Both the position numbers and the translations under genes were made by a program. Below the pieces are notes generated by a model. It was not told where the DNA came from and made no database searches. It saw only the letters and a program-made list of their open reading frames with translations. This document shows positions 54,079 through 63,733 of a DNA stretch of 64,000 bases, one piece after another. The stretch covers positions 3,770 to 67,769 of the forward strand of contig CAZMZS010000001.1 in assembly GCA_964570675.1 (NCBI GenBank), given 5' to 3'. The stretch is from an uncultured Roseovarius sp. Lineage in GTDB: Bacteria > Pseudomonadota > Alphaproteobacteria > Rhodobacterales > Rhodobacteraceae. How positions within the stretch are numbered: position 1 is the first letter of the stretch; each line of letters starts with the position of its first letter.

Positions 54079-54498
54079 ATGCGCTACTGGCTGTTCAAAT
54101 CCGAACCCTCCACCTGGAGCTGGAACGATCAGGTCGCCCAAGGCGACGCTGGCGAGGAATGGGACGGCGTGCGCAATTACCAGGCCCGCAATTTCATGCG
54201 CGAGATGGAAATCGGTGATCGAGGGTTCTTTTACCACAGCCAGAAGGAAAAGGCCGTGGTCGGTATCGTCGAAGTCATCGCCAAGGCGCATCCCGACAGC
54301 ACCACCGACGATGATCGTTGGGAATGCGTCGACATCAAGGCTATCGCACCAGCCAGAAATCCGGTCACGCTGGAAATGATCAAGGCCGATCCGCGGCTTT
54401 CCGAGATGGTATTAGTGAACAACTCTCGCCTGTCGGTTCAGCCGGTCAGCGAGAAGGAATGGCAAATCGTCTGCGATATGGCGGGAATGGATGGCTAA
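54079..54498 (+). CDS. EVE domain protein
   Basis: YWLFKSEP, WDGVRNYQARN, FFYHS, SRLSVQPV. Confidence 0.95.
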   Translation: MRYWLFKSEPSTWSWNDQVAQGDAGEEWDGVRNYQARNFMREMEIGDRGFFYHSQKEKAVVGIVEVIAKAHPDSTTDDDRWECVDIKAIAPARNPVTLEMIKADPRLSEMVLVNNSRLSVQPVSEKEWQIVCDMAGMDG

Positions 54499-54507
54499 GC
54501 CATCATG

Positions 54508-54610
54508 AAAAACGGAGGATGCCAGCCGTTTGCCGACACCCCCCGTCACCCCACGTGCTCCCTTGGCACCACACGTGTATCTGGAAAAGGTCTCGGCCTA
54601 CTGGCCTGTT
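54508..54610 (-). ncRNA. Candidate small regulatory RNA (~100 nt), family unidentified
   Basis: Own sigma70-like promoter, two hairpins and a 14-bp terminator stem followed by U5; no evident ORF. Confidence 0.6.
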
Positions 54611-54616
54611 GTCCTG

Positions 54617-54645
54617 ATACTAGCGAAACCCGCGCCCGGTGCCAA
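54617..54645 (-). promoter_or_regulatory. Sigma70-like promoter of the candidate sRNA
   Basis: Minus strand TTGGCA-17 bp-TAGTAT. Confidence 0.55.
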
Positions 54646-54675
54646 ACCCGGAATGTCTAGAATACCCTTCAAATG

Positions 54676-54702
54676 AAAAACGCCCGCCAGAAAGGGCGGG
54701 CG
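54676..54702 (-). terminator. Rho-independent terminator of the DUF2853 gene
   Basis: Minus strand CGCCCGCC-ctttct-GGCGGGCG-TTTTT. Confidence 0.8.
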
Positions 54703-54725
54703 CCGATCCGTCACTTGCCGCCGTT

Positions 54726-55067
54726 TCAGCTGTAAACAGACTCTTTTCCGAAATGCTTGGTCAGCATGTAATAGACCACGGCGCGATACTTGTTGCGCTC
54801 GGAACGGCCATAGGTGTCCATCGCCTGATTGATCGCATCCATCAGTTGCGGCCCGTCCGCCAGACCCAGTTTCTTGATCAGAAAGTTATCCTTGACGGTT
54901 TCCAGTTCGCTTTCCTGAGTCGCGGCCACTGTCGAAGCATCTGCATTGTAGATCGCGGGGCCGCATCCGATGGTCACCTTCCTCAGAAGGTTCATATCCG
55001 GCTCCATGCCACACTTGTTGCGCAGATCGTCGGCGTATTGCGCAATCAGGTCGTCACGCTTTCCCAT
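54726..55067 (-). CDS. DUF2853 family protein
   Basis: MGKRDDLI, GCGPAIYNADA, RNKYRAVVYYML; GGGAGAG RBS. Confidence 0.88.
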   Translation of the reverse strand: MGKRDDLIAQYADDLRNKCGMEPDMNLLRKVTIGCGPAIYNADASTVAATQESELETVKDNFLIKKLGLADGPQLMDAINQAMDTYGRSERNKYRAVVYYMLTKHFGKESVYS

Positions 55068-55214
55068 ACTGTCTCTCCCACCACTCCGGCCAGTTTGCCG
55101 GATATCTGTTTTGATACCAAAGCCCCGTTTAGGCGCCGATTTTAATGTTAGCGGCTGTTTCACAGCCCACAAAGGGAAAACTTTATCCGCGCTCCCCTGC
55201 CGCAGGCACAAAGA

Positions 55215-55242
55215 AAAGGCCCCGGCGTTGCTGCCGGGGCCT
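55215..55242 (-). terminator. Rho-independent terminator of ahcY
   Basis: Minus strand AGGCCCCGGC-agcaac-GCCGGGGCCT-TTT. Confidence 0.8.
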
Positions 55243-55277
55243 GTTTCGCCATATGTCGTGCGCCGTGAGCGGATCGC

Positions 55278-56672
55278 TCAGTAGCGGTAATGCTCGGGCT
55301 TGAACGGGCCATCCGGTTTCACGCCGATGTAATCGGCCTGATCGGCGCTCAGTTCCGTCAGCTTGACGCCGATGCGGTCAAGGTGCAAGCGCGCGACCTT
55401 TTCATCAAGATGCTTGGGCAAAATGTACACTTCGTTCTCGTACTGATCGCCCCGCTGCCACAGTTCGATCTGCGCCAGAACCTGGTTGGTGAAGGAGGCC
55501 GACATCACGAAGCTCGGGTGCCCCGTGGCGTTCCCGAGGTTCAGCAGGCGGCCTTCGGACAGCAGGATCATGCGGTTGCCCGAGGGCATCTCGATCATGT
55601 CCACCTGCTCCTTGATGTTGGTCCATTTGTGGTTCTTGAGATGCGCGACCTGGATCTCGTTGTCGAAATGGCCGATGTTCCCGACGATCGCCATGTCCTT
55701 CATCTCGCGCATATGCTCGATGCGGATGACATCCTTGTTGCCGGTGGTGGTGATGAAGATGTCGGCGCTGGCGACTTCATCCTCAAGCCGGGTCACTTCG
55801 AACCCGTCCATCGCGGCCTGAAGCGCACAGATCGGGTCGACCTCGGTCACCTTGACGCGCGCGCCCGCGCCGCGCAGCGACGCCGCGCTGCCCTTGCCAA
55901 CATCGCCGTAACCGCAGACGAGGGCGACCTTGCCCGCCATCATCGTGTCGGTGGCGCGGCGGATGCCATCGACCAGAGATTCCTTGCAGCCGTACTTGTT
56001 GTCGAATTTCGACTTGGTCACGCTGTCGTTCACGTTGATCGCGGGGAAAGGCAGATGACCTTTCTCCATCATCTTGTAGAGACGATGAACGCCGGTCGTG
56101 GTTTCCTCGGACACACCCTGGATCATGTGGCGCTGACGCACGAACCAGCCGGGGCTTTCGCTCATGCGCTTGCGGATCTGCGCAAACAGCGCCTCTTCCT
56201 CTTCGCTGGTCGGGGTGGCGATCAGGTCTTCCTCGCCCTCTTCGACGCGCGCACCGATCAGAACATAGAGCGTGGCATCGCCGCCATCATCAAGGATCAT
56301 GTTCGCGCCGCCTTCCTCGAACATGAAGATGCGGTCGCAGTAATCCCAGTATTCCTCCAGCGTCTCGCCCTTGATGGCGAAAACCGGGGTGCCGCCCGCA
56401 GCGATCGCGGCCGCGGCGTGATCCTGCGTCGAGAAGATGTTGCAGCTGGCCCAACGAACCTGCGCACCCAGTGCCGTAAGCGTTTCGATCAGCACGGCTG
56501 TCTGGATCGTCATGTGCAGGGAACCGGCGATGCGGGCGCCCTTGAGCGGCTGGCTCTGGCCGTATTCCTCGCGCAAAGCCATCAGGCCGGGCATCTCGGT
56601 TTCGGCAATATCAAGCTCTTTGCGCCCATACTCGGCCAGGTTGATATCCTTGATGATATAGTCCTTCGCCAT
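55278..56672 (-). CDS. ahcY: Adenosylhomocysteinase
   Basis: [54 protein letters not shown]. Confidence 0.99.
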   Translation of the reverse strand: MAKDYIIKDINLAEYGRKELDIAETEMPGLMALREEYGQSQPLKGARIAGSLHMTIQTAVLIETLTALGAQVRWASCNIFSTQDHAAAAIAAGGTPVFAIKGETLEEYWDYCDRIFMFEEGGANMILDDGGDATLYVLIGARVEEGEEDLIATPTSEEEEALFAQIRKRMSESPGWFVRQRHMIQGVSEETTTGVHRLYKMMEKGHLPFPAINVNDSVTKSKFDNKYGCKESLVDGIRRATDTMMAGKVALVCGYGDVGKGSAASLRGAGARVKVTEVDPICALQAAMDGFEVTRLEDEVASADIFITTTGNKDVIRIEHMREMKDMAIVGNIGHFDNEIQVAHLKNHKWTNIKEQVDMIEMPSGNRMILLSEGRLLNLGNATGHPSFVMSASFTNQVLAQIELWQRGDQYENEVYILPKHLDEKVARLHLDRIGVKLTELSADQADYIGVKPDGPFKPEHYRY

Positions 56673-56779
56673 CGGCGTGGCTCCTTGCAAATCTACACTT
56701 TGAGGTGCAGATAGCACCGGCACCTGATTTAGGCAACGCCACCACCGAATTCACTGCGCCCAAGGACGATCCGACGACC

Positions 56780-57373
56780 ATGAAACAACCTCGCGCATGG
56801 CAAAAGATGCTTTCGGGCCGCCGTCTCGATCTGCTCGACCCGACGCCTTTGGATATCGAGATCGAGGACATTGCCCACGGGCTTGCCTTCGTCGCGCGCT
56901 GGAACGGGCAGACGCTGGGTGACTATGCCTATTCTGTTGCGGAACACTCCCTGCTCGTGGAGCGCCTTTTTTCGCGCCTCAGCCCATCTGCGCCTGCGAA
57001 GTGGAAATTGGCCGCGCTGCTGCATGATGCGCCGGAATACGTGATTGGTGACATGATATCCCCGGTGAAATCGGCGGTCGGGCCGGGCTATGACGAATTG
57101 GACAAGCGGCTTTCCGCGGCCATCCACCTTCGCTTCGGCCTGCCTTCGGCAATCCCGGAACCGGTCAAGAAACAGATCAAGAAGGCCGACCGGATCAGCG
57201 CCTGGATGGAAGCGGTGCGGATCGCGGGCTTTACCGTAGCCGAGGCCGACCGCTTTTTCGGCAAACCCGACCTGTCGATGATCGAAGGGCTCGAGATCCT
57301 TTTGCGCCCGCCAATGGAAGCGCGCGCGGACTATACCGCCCGCCACCACACGCTGCTGGCCGAAATGGGCTGA
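56780..57373 (+). CDS. HD-domain hydrolase (YfbR/5'-deoxynucleotidase-like)
   Basis: RWNGQT, YSVAEHS, LLHDAPEY, KAD. Confidence 0.88.
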   Translation: MKQPRAWQKMLSGRRLDLLDPTPLDIEIEDIAHGLAFVARWNGQTLGDYAYSVAEHSLLVERLFSRLSPSAPAKWKLAALLHDAPEYVIGDMISPVKSAVGPGYDELDKRLSAAIHLRFGLPSAIPEPVKKQIKKADRISAWMEAVRIAGFTVAEADRFFGKPDLSMIEGLEILLRPPMEARADYTARHHTLLAEMG

Positions 57374-57397
57374 GGTCAGGCGACGCGTTCCGCTTGT

Positions 57398-58144
57398 TCA
57401 GGTCGAGACGAAGCGTACGAAACCGGGTTCGATGATCGCGGCGGTCAGGTGGCCGGTGTGAAAGGCCCCGGTGTCGATTCCGATCCTGCCGTCCTTCATC
57501 TCGGGTTTGTCCTTGATGAAATGACCGTGCACCATCCACAGTCCGTCCTGTCTGGGTGTGCTGAAGATTTTGGGGTGCCCCCATAACAGCCCATGCCCGC
57601 GATGTGGTTCGAGCGTCCGGGTCGGATCGCCGCCTGCATGGCTGGTCACGACATTTCCGCTTTGCCAGAGCAGGGGGCGCTGGTCGATCCATTCGAGCAG
57701 GGCAAGACCTGCACTGTCACGCAGACGGTCGCGGGTTTCGGCGGGCGTGCCGCTGTCGGGGTCGAGGCCGAAGCTGCGCAAGGTCGCGGTGCCGCCATTC
57801 CGGGTCCAGAGCGGCCACTTGGCCCCCGGCATATCCAGAAATGCAAGCATCATCGCCTCGTGGTTGCCCATGAGGCACACCACGTCACGGATGCCCTCCT
57901 GTTCAAGTGCCATCAGCTGTCCCAGAACTCCGGCACTGTCGGGTCCGCGGTCAATGTAGTCGCCAAGAAAGACCAGTGGCAGCTTGGGCGCCTCAGTCTC
58001 CAGCTTTGCAAGCAAGGTCTCCAGAAGATCCAGCCGTCCGTGGATGTCACCAATGGCAACAAATGGCCGATCAGGCGTAATCGGTGCGACAAAACGGGGT
58101 TTGCGCGGGTCAAAGCGGTTGATGAAAGCACGAAAACGGGCCAT
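57398..58144 (-). CDS. PPP-family Ser/Thr protein phosphatase (metallophosphoesterase)
   Basis: GDIHG, GDYIDRG, GNHE, VHGH, IDTGA. Confidence 0.92.
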   Translation of the reverse strand: MARFRAFINRFDPRKPRFVAPITPDRPFVAIGDIHGRLDLLETLLAKLETEAPKLPLVFLGDYIDRGPDSAGVLGQLMALEQEGIRDVVCLMGNHEAMMLAFLDMPGAKWPLWTRNGGTATLRSFGLDPDSGTPAETRDRLRDSAGLALLEWIDQRPLLWQSGNVVTSHAGGDPTRTLEPHRGHGLLWGHPKIFSTPRQDGLWMVHGHFIKDKPEMKDGRIGIDTGAFHTGHLTAAIIEPGFVRFVST

Positions 58145-58345
58145 TGCATAACCATTAAGCGGTTCGCGCCCACGGGCAAGGGGTAACGATGCGGCTGTCT
58201 GTGCGAAAAGCAGCGGAATTTTGTTGATCCCGAATTGGAAACTTGCTTCGGAAAAGCGTATACAGGTTTGGAAACTGTTTCTGTTTTAGCTGCATTTAGT
58301 ATCCGAGTTTTAATAAAATGAAATAGCACAGGCGTCAGGGCAATT

Positions 58346-60085
58346 ATGTCAAGTGTCGAAAGGCCGGGGATTCAGGAGTTGCGCGCCGCGCGCGGCAAGG
58401 GACGCGTGCTATTATTCTGGGCCTTCTTGTTCTCGATCTTCGTCAATCTTCTCATGCTGACCGGCCCGCTTTACATGCTGCAGGTCTATGACCGGGTGCT
58501 TGCATCCAAATCGGTCGAAACGCTCGTTGCGCTTTCGCTTCTGGTCACGATGCTCTACGCGCTGATGGCGGTGCTGGAATATGCACGTGGGCGCGTGATG
58601 GCGCGGATCGGTGCGCGGTTTCAGAGTGTCCTCGATGCGCGCCTGTTCAATGCGACTCTGCAACGCTCGAAGAACCCGCATGACCGCCCTGTCTGCAACG
58701 CCGCGCTTCGCGATCTCGACTCGCTGCAAAACCTGTTCGTCTCGCCTGTTCTGCTAGCCATCATGGACATGCCCTGGACGCCCATCTTCATCGCGGCGAT
58801 CTTTATCTTCCACCCGGTGCTGGGCTGGGTTTCGGTTGCCGGCGGGCTGATTATCGTGGTGCTGGCGCTGCTCAACCAAACCGTGACAGCGCATCGCGTG
58901 CGCATGTCGCAGATCGCGACGCAGCGGGCGCATTCCTTTGCCGAACACGCGCAGGAAGCCAGCGAGGTCGCGCTGAGCCAGGGGCTCGGTGACAGCCTGC
59001 AAACGCGCTACAAGAGACTGCGGAACCTGGCACTGGAACAGACCATCCGGGCCAATGACTGGACCGGCGTCTTCACATCGCTCACCAAGGCATTCCGGCT
59101 GTTCCTGCAATCCGCGATCCTTGGCCTTGGCGCCTATTTCGTGATCCAGGGAGAGTTGACGCCCGGCTCGATGATTGCCGGTTCGATCCTTCTGGGTCGT
59201 GCGCTGGCCCCCGTTGAACAGGCCATGAGCCACTGGCCTGTCTTGCAGCGCGCGCGCGCGGGCTGGAAGACGCTTGAGAAATTTCTTGCATCGGTGCCCT
59301 TTCAGGAAGAGCGCACCGAACTGCCGGTGCCCGAGGCGCGTCTGCGCGCATCGGCCCTGACCATCGTCCCACCAGGGGCGAAACGGCCCACGGTACGCAA
59401 CGTCAATTTCCTGCTTGAGCCGGGCCAGGCGCTTGGCGTGATCGGCAAAAGCGGCTCGGGCAAATCGACTCTGGCGCGGGTGCTGTCCGGCTACTGGCCC
59501 CCGGCTGCGGGCGAGGTGCGTCTGGGCGGGGCGACTCTGGATCAATACGACCCCATGCATCTGGGGGCTCATATCGGCTACCTGCCACAAACCGTCAGCC
59601 TGTTCGGCGGCACCATCGCCGAGAATATCCGGCGCATGACGCTCGACGTTGATGCAAAAGGCGTGGTCGCCGCTGCGAAACAGGCGAATGCACATGACAT
59701 GATCATGCAATTGCCCAATGGCTATGACACTTACCTTGATGGCAACGAGAACATGCTGTCGGGCGGGCAGCGGCAACGCATCGCCCTGGCCCGCGCGCTT
59801 TACGGTGAGCCGGTGTTACTGATCCTCGATGAGCCGAACTCGATGCTGGATGCCGAAGGCTCGGACGCGCTGAACCAGACAGTGAAAAGCTTTAAGGAAA
59901 AGAACACGTCGGTGATCGTGATGACTCACCGTCCCACCGCGATCGCCGAATGCGATCTGCTGATGGTATTGGACAAGGGCAACGTGCTGGCCTTCGGGCC
60001 GCGCGACGAGGTGCTTGAAAAGACCGTCATGGACCCGCGCAAGCCGCGCCTGGCAACCGCAACATCCAACAAGGTGGCGATGTGA
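58346..60085 (+). CDS. Type I secretion ABC transporter (PrtD/AprD type)
   Basis: LYMLQVYDRV, GKSGSGKS, LSGGQRQR, LDEPN; no C39 domain. Confidence 0.95.
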   Translation: MSSVERPGIQELRAARGKGRVLLFWAFLFSIFVNLLMLTGPLYMLQVYDRVLASKSVETLVALSLLVTMLYALMAVLEYARGRVMARIGARFQSVLDARLFNATLQRSKNPHDRPVCNAALRDLDSLQNLFVSPVLLAIMDMPWTPIFIAAIFIFHPVLGWVSVAGGLIIVVLALLNQTVTAHRVRMSQIATQRAHSFAEHAQEASEVALSQGLGDSLQTRYKRLRNLALEQTIRANDWTGVFTSLTKAFRLFLQSAILGLGAYFVIQGELTPGSMIAGSILLGRALAPVEQAMSHWPVLQRARAGWKTLEKFLASVPFQEERTELPVPEARLRASALTIVPPGAKRPTVRNVNFLLEPGQALGVIGKSGSGKSTLARVLSGYWPPAAGEVRLGGATLDQYDPMHLGAHIGYLPQTVSLFGGTIAENIRRMTLDVDAKGVVAAAKQANAHDMIMQLPNGYDTYLDGNENMLSGGQRQRIALARALYGEPVLLILDEPNSMLDAEGSDALNQTVKSFKEKNTSVIVMTHRPTAIAECDLLMVLDKGNVLAFGPRDEVLEKTVMDPRKPRLATATSNKVAM

Positions 60086-61395
60086 GCGAAACCCCCAACG
60101 ACAAGGACCCGAACTGGAGCGGCACCTTGCCGCTGATGGCGGGGATTATGGCACTGATCGCATTGGTCGGCGGGCTGGGTTTCTGGGCAGTGCGTGCAGA
60201 GCTCTCGGGTGCCGTCGTGGCACCGGGCCAGGTGACTGTCGAATCCAATCGGCAGGTCATCCAGCACCCCGAAGGCGGCGTCGTGGGTGAAATACTGGTC
60301 AAAGACAGTGACCGGATCGAAAAGGGTGACGTCCTGATCCGACTCGATGGCCGCCGCCAGCGCAATGAGTTGAGCATCATCGAAGGCCAGCTGCGTGAAT
60401 TGTCGGTGCGCAAATCGCGCCTTCAGACCGAGCGCGACGATGCCGAGGTGATCGCGTTCGACCCCGGTCTGGTCGCCGCCGCCAAGGACGCCCCCGCCAT
60501 CGCAAGGCTCATGAAAGGCGAGCGGACACTGTTCCAGTCGCGCAAGGAATCGCTGGAGCAGGAAGTCAGCCTGCTGAATGAGCAGAACCATCAGATCGAG
60601 AACCGGATCGGCGGGCTGAAGGCGCAACTTGATGCGCTCAATGAGCAAGTCGCGCTGGTCGAGACCGATCTTGTTTCCGAACGCGAACTGCTCACCCAGA
60701 ACCTGACACGCGCCGCGAGAGTCAGCGACCTGATGCGTGAACTTGCCGGGCTGAAGGGACAGGTCGGGCGGATCGAGGCAGAGATGGCGGAACTGCGTGG
60801 ACAGAAGGCAAGCAATGGCATTGCTCTGTTGCAACTCAAGACGCAACGTCGCGAGAATGCCGTCTCACGCCTGCGCGATCTGGAGTTCCGCGAGATCGAA
60901 CTGATCGCGCGCCGCAACAGCCTGCACGACACGATATCGCGGCTCGACATCCGTGCACCGGTGGATGGTATCGTTTACGGACTTCAGGTCTTTGCGGTGC
61001 AATCTGTGGTGCAGGCCGCCGAGCCGTTGATGTATATCGTTCCACAGGACCAGCCACTTGTGGTGTCGGCCCGCGTCGACACGATCAATATTGACGAGGT
61101 CTATGCCGGGCAGGAGGCTTCGCTGCAGTTCTCGGCCTTCGATCAACGAAAGATTCCCGAGCTCAAGGGCCAGGTGCAGCGCATCTCGGCCGATGCCTTG
61201 CAGGACCAAGCGACCGGCCAGCCCTACTATTCGGTCGAAATCCTGCCAAACAGCGACGAAATCGAAAAGCTCCGAGGTCACAGCCTGCTGCCCGGAATGC
61301 CGGTGCAGTCCTTCATTCAGACCGGCGCGCGCTCGCCACTCGTCTATCTGGTCGAGCCAATGGCAGGGTTCTTCAACCGGGCGTTCCGGGAATAA
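60082..61395 (+). CDS. HlyD/PrtE family type I secretion membrane fusion protein
   Basis: TM helix, IQHPEGGVV, coiled coil, IRAPVDG, LLPGMPV, ends AFRE. Confidence 0.95.
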   Translation: MSETPNDKDPNWSGTLPLMAGIMALIALVGGLGFWAVRAELSGAVVAPGQVTVESNRQVIQHPEGGVVGEILVKDSDRIEKGDVLIRLDGRRQRNELSIIEGQLRELSVRKSRLQTERDDAEVIAFDPGLVAAAKDAPAIARLMKGERTLFQSRKESLEQEVSLLNEQNHQIENRIGGLKAQLDALNEQVALVETDLVSERELLTQNLTRAARVSDLMRELAGLKGQVGRIEAEMAELRGQKASNGIALLQLKTQRRENAVSRLRDLEFREIELIARRNSLHDTISRLDIRAPVDGIVYGLQVFAVQSVVQAAEPLMYIVPQDQPLVVSARVDTINIDEVYAGQEASLQFSAFDQRKIPELKGQVQRISADALQDQATGQPYYSVEILPNSDEIEKLRGHSLLPGMPVQSFIQTGARSPLVYLVEPMAGFFNRAFRE

Positions 61396-61565
61396 GCGTG
61401 TCCTGGCGTGACGCAAAAGCGCAACAGTCGAACCGAACATATAACTGATCTTCGGGACTGTGGAAAATTTGACCGGATTCTGCTAAGGTTCTGTAGAGGG
61501 CCGATAATGACACGTGAAAACACGTGCGGATAAGGGCCCATGAGGCAGAGAACGAGCATATTTCA

Positions 61566-62969
61566 ATGCGTATTTTTCTATCCGTTTGCGCGGGGCTGTT
61601 TTTGTCGGCCTGCACGGTCGGCCCGCTCTACAAGCATCCCGAAATGGAGCTACCCGACCGCTATTCGCTGTTGGCGCCGGTCAGCAAGGCCAGCAGCAGC
61701 GATCTCTATTGGTGGCGCGATTTTGATGATCCGGTTCTCAATCAGCTGATCGGCGCGGGCATGCAGGGCAACCTGAGCGTCGCCGAGGCGCGTGAAAGGG
61801 TTGACGAAGCCGAGGCATTGCTGCGACGCGACAGTGTCACCCCCAGAGGTGATGGCTCGATCACGGGGCGCGGCAATACCAATGTCCCGAATACGGGCTC
61901 GGTGGAACTGGAGGCCGAAATCGGGCTGGCAGGGCGAACCCAATGGGCCAGCCGCGCGGCGCGCCAACGGCTTGAAGCCGCCCGGCTGGGCGAGGGCGAA
62001 GCCCGCCGCCTGCTATTGTCCGAGCTGAGCAAGACTTATGTGCAGATGCGCTTTTTGCAGCGCAGCTACGAAACCCGCCAGCAGGACCTAACGTCGCGGC
62101 GGCGCACCCTGCGCGACCTTCAAACCCAGCTTGAGGCTGGTGCTGCAACACAGCTTGACGTATTGCGAGCACGCGCTCTGGTATCGGAAACGCAGGCCGA
62201 AATGCCCGGCATTCAGGCCGAGATCATCCGGCAGCGCAATCGCATTTCAACTCTTCTTGGCCAACCGGTGGGGCAACTTGGCATCGACCTGGGCTACAAG
62301 GGTCAGCAGCCGCGCCCGCTGGGTGGCGGAGATGTCGGCGTTCCGGCGGACCTGTTGCGCGCCCGGCCCGACATCCGCGTCGCCGAGCGGCGCTATGCCG
62401 CTGCGGTATCGGATATGGGCGTGGCGCAAGCCTCCCGCTATCCTAGCCTGACTCTGAGCGGACTGGTCACGGCACCACTCAAGAGCGGGTCCTGGAACGA
62501 GAGCATTGTCGCCGGACTGACCGTTCCGGTCTTCTCGCAACCTGCCCTCGCTGCCTCAGAAGATGCTGCCGAGTCGCGCGCACAGCAAGCCTATCTGCAA
62601 TGGCGTAAGGCTGTTCTGGCTGCGGTAGAGGAGGTTGAGAACGCTTTGGCCGCGCTTCAGGCGGCCAGACAATCGGTCGGCTCCGCACGCGAACTTGTCA
62701 GTCTCAACGAACGGTCGCTGAACCTGTCACGGCGCTTGGTCATGGAGGGTGGCGATGCCACGGTCCTTGATGTGATCGACCGGGAGCGCTCGCTGTCGTC
62801 AGCCCGTTTCACGCTGGCGCGCACGCTGCGGGATCTTGCTTCGGCCTATATCGATCTGCGCGTCGCACTTGGCGTGGGGCACAACGCGGTCGTGGACGAT
62901 TCAGGCCTTGTTACCCGCGCTGACGTCGCAAGTGCAGCCGCCGGGCTGATCGCGCCGGCAAACGAATAG
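61566..62969 (+). CDS. Outer membrane efflux factor lipoprotein (NodT/OprM type)
   Basis: Lipobox FLSAC-TVGP, WWRDFDDPVL, PADLLRARPDI, EEVENAL. Confidence 0.92.
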   Translation: MRIFLSVCAGLFLSACTVGPLYKHPEMELPDRYSLLAPVSKASSSDLYWWRDFDDPVLNQLIGAGMQGNLSVAEARERVDEAEALLRRDSVTPRGDGSITGRGNTNVPNTGSVELEAEIGLAGRTQWASRAARQRLEAARLGEGEARRLLLSELSKTYVQMRFLQRSYETRQQDLTSRRRTLRDLQTQLEAGAATQLDVLRARALVSETQAEMPGIQAEIIRQRNRISTLLGQPVGQLGIDLGYKGQQPRPLGGGDVGVPADLLRARPDIRVAERRYAAAVSDMGVAQASRYPSLTLSGLVTAPLKSGSWNESIVAGLTVPVFSQPALAASEDAAESRAQQAYLQWRKAVLAAVEEVENALAALQAARQSVGSARELVSLNERSLNLSRRLVMEGGDATVLDVIDRERSLSSARFTLARTLRDLASAYIDLRVALGVGHNAVVDDSGLVTRADVASAAAGLIAPANE

Positions 62970-62995
62970 AGCAAGCGGCGTTTTCGCTACATGCG

Positions 62996-63649
62996 TCAGC
63001 CACTTGCGCGCGGGGACATCGGAAGCGCGATCGCGGCACCGGCCAGGAACCCGCCGAGATGCGTCTCCCACGCGACCGCGCCATCGGTTCCGACATACAT
63101 CAGGATGTTGAGCACGGTCAGAATTGCCAGCGGCCAGGCAATCGCCGCGGCCGCCCGTGTGAAACCGGGACGCTGGCGAATGGTAAAGAGACTGTTCCAG
63201 ACGATCAGCGCGCCAGCCAGCCCGAAAAGCGCGCCCGACGCACCCACCATCGGACGAAACCCGCTGGAGGCCAGCAACGCAAAGGCTGCACCACCCAGAA
63301 TGCTGGCCCCGGCGTAGATCACCAGGAAACGTCCCTGCCCAACTTGGGCGATCACTGCGCCGCCAAGAGATGCGAGCGTGATCATGTTGACGAGCAAATG
63401 CACCAGCCCGCCATGCAGGAACGCATATGAGATGAACATCAGCCAGGGCTGCGCGCCGAAATTCGGTCTCCAGCCTGACAAAAGGCCGGGCCAGAAGGCG
63501 CCGAACTGGTAAGCCAGGGCACGCCAGCGCGGGGCGCCCCAGAGACCTTGATCCGCCCCTTGCAGCGCCAGCTCGACACAGACACAGGGCAGGATCAGCA
63601 GCACAAGCGCCAATGGCCAACGGCCCATATGGGAAAGGATGCGCATCAT
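62996..63649 (-). CDS. Rhomboid intramembrane serine protease
   Basis: FLHGG..HL..NM, VGASG (catalytic Ser), HLGGFLAG (catalytic His). Confidence 0.92.
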   Translation of the reverse strand: MMRILSHMGRWPLALVLLILPCVCVELALQGADQGLWGAPRWRALAYQFGAFWPGLLSGWRPNFGAQPWLMFISYAFLHGGLVHLLVNMITLASLGGAVIAQVGQGRFLVIYAGASILGGAAFALLASSGFRPMVGASGALFGLAGALIVWNSLFTIRQRPGFTRAAAAIAWPLAILTVLNILMYVGTDGAVAWETHLGGFLAGAAIALPMSPRASG

Positions 63650-63733
63650 GCCAACCGATAATCAGGTTGCGTCGGCGATGGCAAGTCGCGGGGCGTCATT
63701 ACCCCTGTGCCCGACTGGCGCGGTTCGCGCGTG

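Noticed and set aside
56673..56779. SAH or SAM/SAH riboswitch upstream of ahcY
   Set aside because: Only a short hairpin (ATCTGCAC/GTGTAGAT) in a ~100-bp divergent spacer; riboswitch consensus elements not recognised.
61510..61527. ACACGTG direct repeat upstream of the outer membrane factor gene
   Set aside because: Two 7-mers could arise by chance, and no regulator can be assigned.
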